NCBI GenBank assembly: GCA_964499205.1
Contig: CAZCJX010000003.1
Coordinates: 8,174 to 72,173, forward strand
Direction of reading: 5' to 3'
DNA length: 64,000 nucleotides
Source: an uncultured Actinomycetes bacterium
GTDB taxonomy: Bacteria > Chloroflexota > Dormibacteria > Aeolococcales > Aeolococcaceae
Positions 1 through 7,921 of this stretch are shown here, piece after piece (position 1 is the first letter of the stretch; the number at the start of each line of letters is the position of its first letter). The translations under genes were made by a program, and so were the position numbers. Below the pieces are notes generated by a model. The model did not search any database and was not told the DNA's origin. It was given only the letters and a program-made list of their open reading frames with translations.

Positions 1-2
1 AC

Positions 3-1616
3 GCGCTCGACCGGCTCAGCGAGCTGGCCTCGCAGACGGGACACCTCGACGTCGGCCTCGCCGCCACCCAGGAGCTGCTCGCCCACACCCCCGACGACGC
101 GGTGGCCCGCCGCCTGGTGGTGCTGCGCCGTCTCGCCGCGCTGCGCGGCGTGGGCGGCCACGTCGAGAGCACCCGCGCCGTGCTCGACGAGGCGATCTCC
201 CTGGCCGAGCACGGCGACGCCGGCGTGGTCCGGCTGCTGGTGGAGATGGCCATGTTCACCTGCACCGCGCTGCCGGTGGCCGACGTGATCGAGACCATGC
301 AGCGCGCCGAGGCGGTGGTCGAGCGCTTCGGTGCCGCCGCCCGCCCCACCCTGCTGATGCTGCGCAGCGTCCGCGCCCACGCGGTGGCCTACGGCGGCGA
401 CCCCGGGCCGGCCGGCGAGATGGCGCTGGAGATGGGTGCCGAGGCGCTCGCCATCCAGGATGGCTTCGCCCTCGGCTGCTCGGTGTTTTCCCGCGGTGTG
501 GCCAATACTCTGCTGGGCCGTTTCCAGGAGGCGGCCGACGCGCTGGGGGTGCTCGCCGACGCCACCGAGCAGGCCGGGCTGCAGTGGGAGGCCACCTCCA
601 CCTGGGCGATGCGCGCCGAGGCGATGGCCTACCTGGGCCGCTTCGAGGAGGCGGTCGCCGACAGCCTGCGCGGCGAGGACTTCGGCCGCCGCGGCGGCAA
701 CGGCATGCTCGAGCTGGCCGTGCTCATGGGCGGGCAGGCGCAGATCCTGCACGGCGACCTCGACGCCGGGCGCGAGCGGCTCGACGAGGCGCGCCGCCTG
801 CTCGACCGCCGCCAGACGACGTTCGAGGGGATGTACTGGAGCGTGCGCGCCCTGCTCGCCGAGGCGCTCGACGACGTGCGCGAGGCCGCCGCCTGCTACG
901 CGCGCATGTGGGAGTGGGCGACGCTGCACGGCTGCCTCTCGCTGACCGCCCGGCGCAGCGGCCAGGTGCACGCGCTGCTGCGCTGCGGCGAGATCGCCGA
1001 GGCGCTGCGCATCGCGCGCGAGTCCGACGAGTTCCTGCAGCAGCACGAGATTCCCCGCGCCCGCGGCCTGGCGTCGGTGGCGTTGGGAGCGGCGCTGATC
1101 GCCAGCGGGCAGGTGGTCGAGGGCGTCGACGCGGTGCAGGCCGGCGTCGCCGCAGCCACCGAGGGTGTCGACGGGCCGCTGATCCCCGCCATGGTGCGGC
1201 TGCGCGCCGGCGAGGCGATGCTCGCCGCGGGCGAGAAGCGGCGCGGCGTCGAGCTGCTCGGCGAGGCCCACGCCGCCTTCACCGACATCGGCGCCCGCCG
1301 GCTGCGCGACCTCTCGCGCGGGCTGCTCCGCCAGGCGGGAGTCGCCGTCGCGGCGGCGACCAAGCAGAACGGCGCCGGCGCTGCCGGGCTGGCCCAGGGT
1401 GGCGGCGACGACCCGCTGGCGGTGCTCAGCCCGCGGGAGCGCGACGTCGCCACTCTGGCGATGTCGGGATCGAGCAGCCGCAGCATCGGGCTGCGCCTGG
1501 GCATCAGCGAGCGCACCGTCGAGAACCACCTGGCCAACGCCTACGCCAAGCTGCGGGTGCACAGCCGCGCCGAGCTGATCGCACTGCTGTCGGGCGGGAC
1601 TCCGCTGCTGCGCTGA
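3..1616 (+). CDS. LuxR-family transcriptional regulator, C-terminal part (5' end lies outside the window)
   Basis: Reading frame is open from nt 3 with no stop. C-terminal LuxR/FixJ HTH (LSPRERDVATLAMSGSSSRSIGLRLGISERTVENHLANAYAKLRV). Long helical TPR-like region upstream, as in large LAL/MalT-type LuxR regulators. Confidence 0.8.
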   Translation, partial: ALDRLSELASQTGHLDVGLAATQELLAHTPDDAVARRLVVLRRLAALRGVGGHVESTRAVLDEAISLAEHGDAGVVRLLVEMAMFTCTALPVADVIETMQRAEAVVERFGAAARPTLLMLRSVRAHAVAYGGDPGPAGEMALEMGAEALAIQDGFALGCSVFSRGVANTLLGRFQEAADALGVLADATEQAGLQWEATSTWAMRAEAMAYLGRFEEAVADSLRGEDFGRRGGNGMLELAVLMGGQAQILHGDLDAGRERLDEARRLLDRRQTTFEGMYWSVRALLAEALDDVREAAACYARMWEWATLHGCLSLTARRSGQVHALLRCGEIAEALRIARESDEFLQQHEIPRARGLASVALGAALIASGQVVEGVDAVQAGVAAATEGVDGPLIPAMVRLRAGEAMLAAGEKRRGVELLGEAHAAFTDIGARRLRDLSRGLLRQAGVAVAAATKQNGAGAAGLAQGGGDDPLAVLSPRERDVATLAMSGSSSRSIGLRLGISERTVENHLANAYAKLRVHSRAELIALLSGGTPLLR

Positions 1617-1727
1617 ATCGCGGCGCCGCGTGCGGCCCCGCGGCCGCGTGCCGGCGTTTTTGACACGGCAGCGGTACAGCGACTGTCCGCTCTCTCGGGA
1701 GGGTCGCCGTCGTTCCGGGAGGCTTCG

Positions 1728-3482
1728 ATGAGTCGACACGCGCAGACGCGCCGGCCGCTCCGACTGGTGCTCGCCGGCGGCCTGGCCGCCGCCGCCGCCA
1801 CGGCGGTCTCCTTCGGCACCGCGCCCGCGGGCCACGCCACCGCCGCCGTCGGCTTCGCGCCGCGTGTCTTCGTCGACAGCGTGCGCGCCGGCGGCGAGCC
1901 GGGGATCATCCACAGCAGCAGGTTCGGCACGCTGGTCTACTCGTCGCACGAGGGCACCACCCACATCGACCGCGTCGGCATCGCCTCGCAGTCGACGCAG
2001 CAGTTCCTCTGCCCCGGCCTGACCACCGCCGACTGCTACAAGAACCACGTCTGGATCTGGACCTCCGAGGACAACGGGGCGCACTGGACGCTGCGCGACG
2101 AGGGTCCCAACTACCAGGGGTTCAGCGACCCCGACCTCACCGAGGACGCCGGCGGGGCCATCTACGACACCGGCATCGACCTGGCCAACGACTCCGTGTT
2201 CGCCTCACTCGACGGCGGCAAGACCTGGCCGCACGGCACCGTGCAGTGCCACGAGGGCGACCGGCCCTGGCTGGCCGGCGGCGTGGCCGGCGAGGTCTTC
2301 ATGACCACCGACGACGCGCTCTCCACCGGCAGCGGCCACACCCTCTTCCACAGCACCAACTACGCGGACTCCTGCGGTTCCACGGGCATCGCCGACTTCG
2401 GCAGCTGGCACGGCAAGGGCAGCTACTCCGGCTTCGGCAAGGGGATCTACGACCGCTTCGACGGCAGCTTCATCGAGCCCGCCGAGTTCACCGACGCCAA
2501 CGGGAGCATGCGCGTCGGCATCAGCCGCCTGGCCGACGCGGCCAAGGCCTTCAGCACCGGCCAGGGCGCCTTCGAGCCCCAGGACGTTGCTGACACCAAT
2601 GGCATCTACTCGCCGTTCGGCGCGCCCCAGGTGATCTCCATGGACAGCGCCGAGAACATCTACTTCGCCTGGGACACCGACGACCGGGTCAGCGATCCCA
2701 ACAACACGGGCGGCTGCAACCACAGCCCGGCGCCGCTGCCCAACCACATCATGCTGGAGATCGGCAAGCACACCGGCAAGGGCACCTGGGAGTGGCTGCC
2801 GCCGATCTCCCTGGCGCACCAGGGCAACGCCCGCGTGCTCTGGCCGTGGAGCGTCGCCGGCAGCGACGGCAACGTCTCGGTGGTCTGGTACCAGATGGAC
2901 AAGATGGTCGACCCCGACTGCGACCAGTACAACGGCGCCACCATCGGCGACGTCAAGACCTACATCTACGAGGCGCACATCACCGACGCGACGACGCCGA
3001 AGAAGCGGCAGATCACCGTGACCAACGCGTCGGGGACGTTCATCCACCAGGGCGGCATCTGCGACAGCGGCACCGCCTGCGTCGCCACCGGGCAGGACCG
3101 CCGCCTCGGCGACTACTTCACCAACGCCGTCGACGGCAACGGCTGCGTGCTCATCGCCAGTGGTGACACCACCGTGCCCGACCCGCTGAGCGGGCAGGAC
3201 CGCATCACCAGCCTGCCCATCTTCATCCGCCAGAACAGCGGACCCAGCCTGACCGGCGGGGAGTGCACCGCCAACCCGTCCGGGGTCGCCGGGGCCACCG
3301 CGGCGGCCTCGCCCAGCTCGTCGTCGGTCGCGTCGCCCTCGGCGGGCACCTCGCCCGGTGGGGCGCCCCCGGCCACCGCGCTGCCCAACACCGCGGCGGG
3401 GGCGGGCGCGGGCGCCGGCGGTGCGGCGGTCGCAGCCATCCTCGCCAGCATGGGGGTGCGGCGGAGACGGCCCGGGGCCTAG
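1728..3482 (+). CDS. secreted Asp-box (BNR) beta-propeller protein, sialidase/glycosidase-like, with C-terminal LPNTA sorting signal
   Basis: Signal peptide (RRPLRLVLAGGLAAAAATAVSFGTAPAGHA). Asp-boxes SEDNGAHW and SLDGGKTW. S/P/A-rich linker, then LPNTA + hydrophobic stretch + RRRR tail. Confidence 0.75.
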   Translation: MSRHAQTRRPLRLVLAGGLAAAAATAVSFGTAPAGHATAAVGFAPRVFVDSVRAGGEPGIIHSSRFGTLVYSSHEGTTHIDRVGIASQSTQQFLCPGLTTADCYKNHVWIWTSEDNGAHWTLRDEGPNYQGFSDPDLTEDAGGAIYDTGIDLANDSVFASLDGGKTWPHGTVQCHEGDRPWLAGGVAGEVFMTTDDALSTGSGHTLFHSTNYADSCGSTGIADFGSWHGKGSYSGFGKGIYDRFDGSFIEPAEFTDANGSMRVGISRLADAAKAFSTGQGAFEPQDVADTNGIYSPFGAPQVISMDSAENIYFAWDTDDRVSDPNNTGGCNHSPAPLPNHIMLEIGKHTGKGTWEWLPPISLAHQGNARVLWPWSVAGSDGNVSVVWYQMDKMVDPDCDQYNGATIGDVKTYIYEAHITDATTPKKRQITVTNASGTFIHQGGICDSGTACVATGQDRRLGDYFTNAVDGNGCVLIASGDTTVPDPLSGQDRITSLPIFIRQNSGPSLTGGECTANPSGVAGATAAASPSSSSVASPSAGTSPGGAPPATALPNTAAGAGAGAGGAAVAAILASMGVRRRRPGA

Positions 3483-3546
3483 GCGGCCCGGGCCGCTCCG
3501 GGGCGGCGTCGGCGGCCGTGACGCTCCCGCTTGACGCCGGCATGGT

Positions 3547-3581
3547 GGTAAGGCCAAACTTACCGTAAGTTACGGCTTACC
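3547..3581. promoter_or_regulatory. AT-rich nested palindrome, candidate operator upstream of the SRPBCC gene
   Basis: Perfect 15-bp palindrome AACTTACCGTAAGTT (3557-3571), flanked by GGTAAGGCC (3547-3555) and GGCTTACC (3574-3581). Lies about 55-65 nt upstream of ATG 3635 and is preceded by TTGACG (3531-3536). Confidence 0.4.
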
Positions 3582-3634
3582 ACAGCGCGGCGGGATCGAC
3601 GCGCCCCGCCGGGCAACCCTCACGAGGAGCAGAC

Positions 3635-4117
3635 ATGACCGTCCGGGACACCGACACCGCCGTTCACGAGAGCATCGTCGTGGAGGCGCCGGTGGAGCGC
3701 GCCTTCACCGTCTTCACCCGCGACATGGGGGACTGGTGGGCGCCCGACCAGCACATCCTCCAGGGCGAGCTGGCCGGGATGGTGTTCGAGCCCCGTGCCG
3801 GCGGCCGCATCTACGACAGGGGCGTGGACGGCAGCGAGTGCCAGTGGGGACGCGTGCTCGCCTACGAGCCGCCCCACCGCGTGGTGTTCAGCTGGGACAT
3901 CTCCACGGACTGGCAGATCGAGACAGACCCGGCCAAAACCAGCGAGGTCGAGGTGCGCTTCGTCGCCGAGTCGCCGGGGCGCACCCGGGTCGAGCTGGAG
4001 CACCGCAACCTGGAGCGCCACGGCGAGGCCTGGCAGGGCATGCGCGCCGCGGTGAGCTCCGAGGACGGCTGGCGCAAGGGCCTTGGCCGGTTCGCGGAGC
4101 ACGTCGCCACGGCGTGA
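3635..4117 (+). CDS. SRPBCC-superfamily protein (AHSA1/Aha1-like)
   Basis: 160 aa. Typical family pattern (VVEAPVERAFTVFT..WW, RVVFSWD, EVEVRF..TRVELEH). GAGGAG RBS 5 nt before the ATG. Confidence 0.8.
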   Translation: MTVRDTDTAVHESIVVEAPVERAFTVFTRDMGDWWAPDQHILQGELAGMVFEPRAGGRIYDRGVDGSECQWGRVLAYEPPHRVVFSWDISTDWQIETDPAKTSEVEVRFVAESPGRTRVELEHRNLERHGEAWQGMRAAVSSEDGWRKGLGRFAEHVATA

Positions 4118-4150
4118 TCCGGCGGCGGCCCGGGCGGGCGGCCCGCACGG

Positions 4151-4729
4151 TCAGACGGCGCGTCCCAGGAAGCCGGCCAGCCGGTCGAGCGGGGGCGCGC
4201 CGTCGGCCACCGCCACCTCCTCTGCGAACATGCCGCCGGCGGGCCGGGGCATCCCCGCCAGCTGCGGCTTCAGCCCCGCCAGCGTCTTCTCGACCAGCGC
4301 GTCGGGCACGTCCATGCTCTGTCCGGTGGCGCGGGCCAGGTCCCAGCCGTGGACCAGGTGCTCGGTGATGCGCATCTGCACCAGGGCGGGGCCCGGCCTC
4401 GGCCCCAGCGGCGAGGCGAAGGTGCCCTCGGCCACGCCCGGCGCGCTGAAGGCGTCGTGCAGGGTCCGGCGCGAGGCGGCATAGCCGGCCTCGGGGTCCC
4501 CGCCGAGGTGGTCGGCGCTGCGCTCGGGGGGCTCGGCGCCGCTGATCATGGCGGCGAACCGCAGGTTGCCGCCGGCGACGTGGTTGACCAGGCTGCGCAC
4601 GTCCCACTCGGTGCAGGGCGTGGGCCGGGACCACTGGTCGTCGCGGACGCCCGCGACCAGCTTCTGGAACGCCGCCGATACCGAGTCGGAGGCGGCCACG
4701 AGGGCGGGGTATCCGGAGCTCTCTGCCAT
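4151..4729 (-). CDS. DinB/MDMPI-like protein (TIGR03086-type, mycothiol-dependent maleylpyruvate isomerase N-terminal domain family)
   Basis: The track ORF extends to 4900, but its first 57 codons are Arg/Pro-rich. ATG 4729 (MAESSGYPAL) gives family-typical length. Motifs WDVRSLVNHVAGGNL and ITEHLVHGWDLARATG. TACTAT box 8 nt upstream of the ATG. Confidence 0.75.
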   Translation of the reverse strand: MAESSGYPALVAASDSVSAAFQKLVAGVRDDQWSRPTPCTEWDVRSLVNHVAGGNLRFAAMISGAEPPERSADHLGGDPEAGYAASRRTLHDAFSAPGVAEGTFASPLGPRPGPALVQMRITEHLVHGWDLARATGQSMDVPDALVEKTLAGLKPQLAGMPRPAGGMFAEEVAVADGAPPLDRLAGFLGRAV

Positions 4730-4903
4730 GGGCCGACATAGTAAGCGCGAGCGGCCCGGTCGAGGTGCGCCGGCCGGCGAGGTGCGATCGCCGGAACGCC
4801 GAGCGGCCGATCGACGGTCACCCGGCCAGCGCCGGGGCGACCACCGGAACGCCGAGCCGCCGGGCGGCGAACCACCCGGCGGCCAGGCCCGCCATGCCAC
4901 CTG

Positions 4904-4922
4904 CCAAACCGACCGGTCGGTC
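4904..4922. repeat. 19-nt element CCAAACCGACCGGTCGGTC (copy 1) with 14-bp perfect palindrome core
   Basis: Identical 19-mer at 9374-9392. Core ACCGACCGGTCGGT is self-complementary. Located in the divergent spacer between the DinB-like and CpaF-like genes. Confidence 0.7.
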
Positions 4923-5052
4923 GGTATTGCGGGATGTTCGAACCCGGTTCATCGATCTTTACGCCGCAAGCATACGAGGCGCTGCGACGTCCAACCATAC
5001 TGCTGCGACAGTTGCAGCCAACTTCCGCTACCGACAGGGTGGGTACACAATC

Positions 5053-6201
5053 GTGATCGTTCAACTCCCCGACCATCGCCAGCCGGACCCGCAGCTGCGA
5101 TATCTCGACGCGTTGGGTCCGCTCCGGCCGCTGGTCGAGGACGACCGCCTCACCGAGATCATGGTGGTGGGTCCCGACAACGTCTACGTCGAGATGGGCG
5201 GCCGCATCCAGAAGACCGACGTGCGCTTCGCCGGCGAGGACCATCTCGTCGACGTCATCAAGGTCATCGTCACCGCGGTGGGACGGCGCATCGACGCCGA
5301 CTCGCCGATCGTCGACGCCCGCCTGCTCGACGGCTCGCGCGTCGCCGCCAGCATCCCGCCGGTGACCCTGAGCGGGCCGCTGTTGACCATCCGCAAGTTC
5401 AGCAAGCAGCCGCTCAAGGTCAGTGACCTGGTGCGCTTCCGCACCCTCTCCGACGACGGAGCGGCACTGCTCCAGGCGGCGGTACTGGGCCGCTGCAACA
5501 TCGTCATCAGCGGTGGCACCGGGACCGGCAAGACCACCCTGCTCAACGTCTGCTCCAGCTTCATCCCCGACGACGAGCGCATCGTCACCATCGAGGACGC
5601 CGCCGAGCTGCGCCTCGACCAGGACCACGTGTGCAGCATGGAGGCGCGCCAGGCGGGCAGCGACGGCTACGGCCGCGTCGCCATCCGCGACCTGGTCATC
5701 CACTCGCTGCGCATGCGGCCCGACCGCATCATCGTCGGCGAGTGCCGCGGCGGCGAGGCGCTCGACATGCTGCAGGCGATGAACACCGGGCACGACGGCT
5801 CGATGACCACCATCCACGCCAACAGCCCGCGTGACTGCCTGAGCCGGATGGAGACGCTGGTGCTGATGGCCGGCATGGAGCTCCCCGTCCGCGCCATCCG
5901 CCAGCAGATCGCCTCGGCCATCGACCTGGTGGTGCAGCTGGAGCGGCTGCGCGACGGCTCGCGGCGGGTCACCGCGATCAGCGAGGTGGTCGGCATGGAG
6001 GGAGAGACGATCACCATGCAGGACGTCTTCACCTTCGAGGCGCAGGGCGTCGACGCCGAGGGACGCATCACCGGCCGCTTCGGCCCCACCGGCGTCCGCC
6101 CCCGGCTGCTGCAGCGCCTCGGCGAGATGGGCGTGCCCGTCCCCGCCGCGGTGGAGCGCGCCTTCCCGGCCACCGTGGCCTTCGGACGCGGCCGCCGCTA
6201 G
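5053..6201 (+). CDS. CpaF/TadA-type secretion ATPase (type II/IV secretion system ATPase family), short N-terminus
   Basis: Walker A GGTGTGKTT, Walker B region RIIVGECRGGEA, His box GHDGSMTTIHAN, LGPLRPLVEDDRLTEIMVVG. Start set at GTG 5053 (GGTGGG 8 nt upstream) because codons upstream have low GC3. The start is uncertain; an in-frame ATG at 4894 is possible. Confidence 0.85.
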   Translation: MIVQLPDHRQPDPQLRYLDALGPLRPLVEDDRLTEIMVVGPDNVYVEMGGRIQKTDVRFAGEDHLVDVIKVIVTAVGRRIDADSPIVDARLLDGSRVAASIPPVTLSGPLLTIRKFSKQPLKVSDLVRFRTLSDDGAALLQAAVLGRCNIVISGGTGTGKTTLLNVCSSFIPDDERIVTIEDAAELRLDQDHVCSMEARQAGSDGYGRVAIRDLVIHSLRMRPDRIIVGECRGGEALDMLQAMNTGHDGSMTTIHANSPRDCLSRMETLVLMAGMELPVRAIRQQIASAIDLVVQLERLRDGSRRVTAISEVVGMEGETITMQDVFTFEAQGVDAEGRITGRFGPTGVRPRLLQRLGEMGVPVPAAVERAFPATVAFGRGRR

Positions 6202-6217
6202 ACCCTCGCCTGCTCAC

Positions 6218-6254
6218 AGGACGGCGCCCGGTCCTACCGCCGGGCGCCTGTCCT
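6218..6254 (+). terminator. candidate intrinsic terminator after the CpaF-like gene
   Basis: AGGACGGCGCCCGG (6218-6231) pairs with CCGGGCGCCTGTCCT (6240-6254), giving 14 bp with one bulge and an 8-nt loop. It is followed by TTTCTCC and begins 17 nt after the stop codon. Confidence 0.5.
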
Positions 6255-6325
6255 TTCTCCTCCGCCGTATCCTCCGGTGGGTCCGACGGCACCGGTCTGC
6301 CCCACGCGGAGGAAGCCAGCTCCCC

Positions 6326-7891
6326 ATGCATCCCGCCGACGTCGCCGCGGCCGGTCCCGCGCCGCCCGACCGGCGGCGGCGCCTGCTCCCGGTCCTGCTG
6401 CTGGCCGCCGCGGTGGTGGCACTGGGAAGCGGCGGCCTGGCCCTGGCCACCCGGCTGGCCGGCTCGTCGCAGACGGCCACGGTGGCGCTGGTGGCGACGG
6501 TGCCGCTCAGCGAGACGGGGACTCCGGTGGTGTCGCACGTGGTGCTCAGCGGCGCGGGGGGCGAGAACGGCGTTGTCCTCAGCGAAAGTCCACCCTCGCT
6601 GTCGCGCGCGCCGTCGCTGACCAGCGCCGGCGTCCACGCCGTCCACGACGGCCGGTACACCGCGGTGAGCGCCACCGTCGACGGGCGCACCGTCAGCGCG
6701 CCGGTGGCACTGACGGCGCAGGCGGGCAGGGTGACGCCGCTGCTGCTGGTGGTGCGCCACGCCGGCATCACCGCCGCCGCGGGCAACGACGACGTCAACC
6801 ACGCTGTCCTCGCCGCCGCCGGACAGCTGATCCATCCCCCCGACGTCACCTTCGTCGACCAGACTGGGCGGTCAGTCCCGCTGCACAGCCTGCGCGGCAA
6901 GGTGGTGGTGGTGGCGGCGCTGGACAGCCACTGCCACGACACCTGCCCGCTCTACACCGCGCTCTGGGGCGACCTGCAGCGCGTGGTGCGCGAACGCGGC
7001 TGGCAGGACCGGGTGGTGATCGCCGAGGTGAGCATGGATCCCGACCGCGACACGCCCGAGGAGCTGGCCGCCTACGGGCGCATGGTCGGCGCCACCTGGC
7101 CGCTGCTGCGCAGCGATCGCGAGTCGACGCTCTCCTTCTGGCTCTCGCTCAACGCGACCTACGCCAAGGCGCCGCCCGACAACCCGGCGCCGATCGACTG
7201 GTACACCGGCAGGCCGGAGATGTATCACCTGCACCACGACTCGCTGGCCGTGGTCCTCGACGCGCAGGGCGACGCGCGCTACCTGCTGCAAGGCACTCCC
7301 CGGTTGGGCCATCCGCTCAGCGCTGCGCTGGCCCAGCTGCTCACCGGGGGCCAGAACGCGCCCGCGCTGCACGCCCCCGCGTCGTGGTCGCTCACCGACC
7401 TGCTCGACCGCGTCGACACGGTGATGGGAGCGCCGCTGGAGTCGGCGCGCGGCGTCGAGCAGGCGGCGCGGGTGGGCAGCCGGGCACCGGCGCTCAGCGT
7501 CACCGGGCTGGACGGCAAACCCCTGTCGCTGCAGGGCGAGTCGGGCCGCGCCGTGATCGTCACCTTCTGGGCGACGTGGTGCGCGCCCTGCCGCCACGAC
7601 CTGCCCCTGCTCGCGGACGCGGTGCGCAGCCATCCCGACCTCGCCGTGTTGGCCGTCGACGAGGGCGAGAGTTCCAGCCAGGTTGGTGACTATCTGCACA
7701 GCCTGCTGGGCGGCGACGCGTCGCTGCTCACCGCCGCGGTCGACCCCGACCACAGCGCCGGAGCGCACTACGCGGTGGCCGGGCTGCCGGTCACGGTGTT
7801 CGTCGGCGCCGACGGCATCGTCCAGGCGCTGCGCGTCGGCCAGCTGCAGAGCGGCGACCTCACCACTCTGCTCGCCCGCACCGGCGCGTGA
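6326..7891 (+). CDS. membrane-anchored fusion protein: unknown N-terminal domain + SCO1/SenC-like domain + TlpA/ResA-like thioredoxin domain
   Basis: N-terminal TM helix (LLPVLLLAAAVVALGSGGLALA). SCO-type CxxxCP motif (SHCHDTCP) with downstream HHDS. C-terminal redoxin motif FWATWCAPC. GGAGGAAG RBS upstream. Confidence 0.8.
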   Translation: MHPADVAAAGPAPPDRRRRLLPVLLLAAAVVALGSGGLALATRLAGSSQTATVALVATVPLSETGTPVVSHVVLSGAGGENGVVLSESPPSLSRAPSLTSAGVHAVHDGRYTAVSATVDGRTVSAPVALTAQAGRVTPLLLVVRHAGITAAAGNDDVNHAVLAAAGQLIHPPDVTFVDQTGRSVPLHSLRGKVVVVAALDSHCHDTCPLYTALWGDLQRVVRERGWQDRVVIAEVSMDPDRDTPEELAAYGRMVGATWPLLRSDRESTLSFWLSLNATYAKAPPDNPAPIDWYTGRPEMYHLHHDSLAVVLDAQGDARYLLQGTPRLGHPLSAALAQLLTGGQNAPALHAPASWSLTDLLDRVDTVMGAPLESARGVEQAARVGSRAPALSVTGLDGKPLSLQGESGRAVIVTFWATWCAPCRHDLPLLADAVRSHPDLAVLAVDEGESSSQVGDYLHSLLGGDASLLTAAVDPDHSAGAHYAVAGLPVTVFVGADGIVQALRVGQLQSGDLTTLLARTGA

Positions 7892-7921
7892 GCATCCGCG
7901 CCGGCGCCGAGGCGCGCCGCC

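Noticed and set aside
3290-3440. GC-rich repetitive stretch (GCGGGGGCGGGCGCGGGCGCCGGCGG...) that could be mistaken for a repeat array.
   Set aside because: It is in frame within the propeller gene and encodes the S/P/A/G linker and the hydrophobic anchor. It has no repeat-spacer periodicity. No CRISPR-like array exists anywhere in the window.
4926-4952. tRNA-like T-loop sequence (GGGATGTTCGAACCCGG) that might mark a tRNA gene or an integration-site remnant.
   Set aside because: The possible stem is only 4 bp and the loop is 9 nt. No acceptor, D or anticodon arms can be built around it. No integrase or direct repeat lies nearby.
4765-5052. Upstream extension of the CpaF-like ORF (track start 4765; in-frame ATG 4894).
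   Set aside because: Third-position GC drops sharply in this stretch compared with all confident genes. The stretch also contains the palindromic 19-mer. It cannot be fully excluded without 5'-end or proteomic data.
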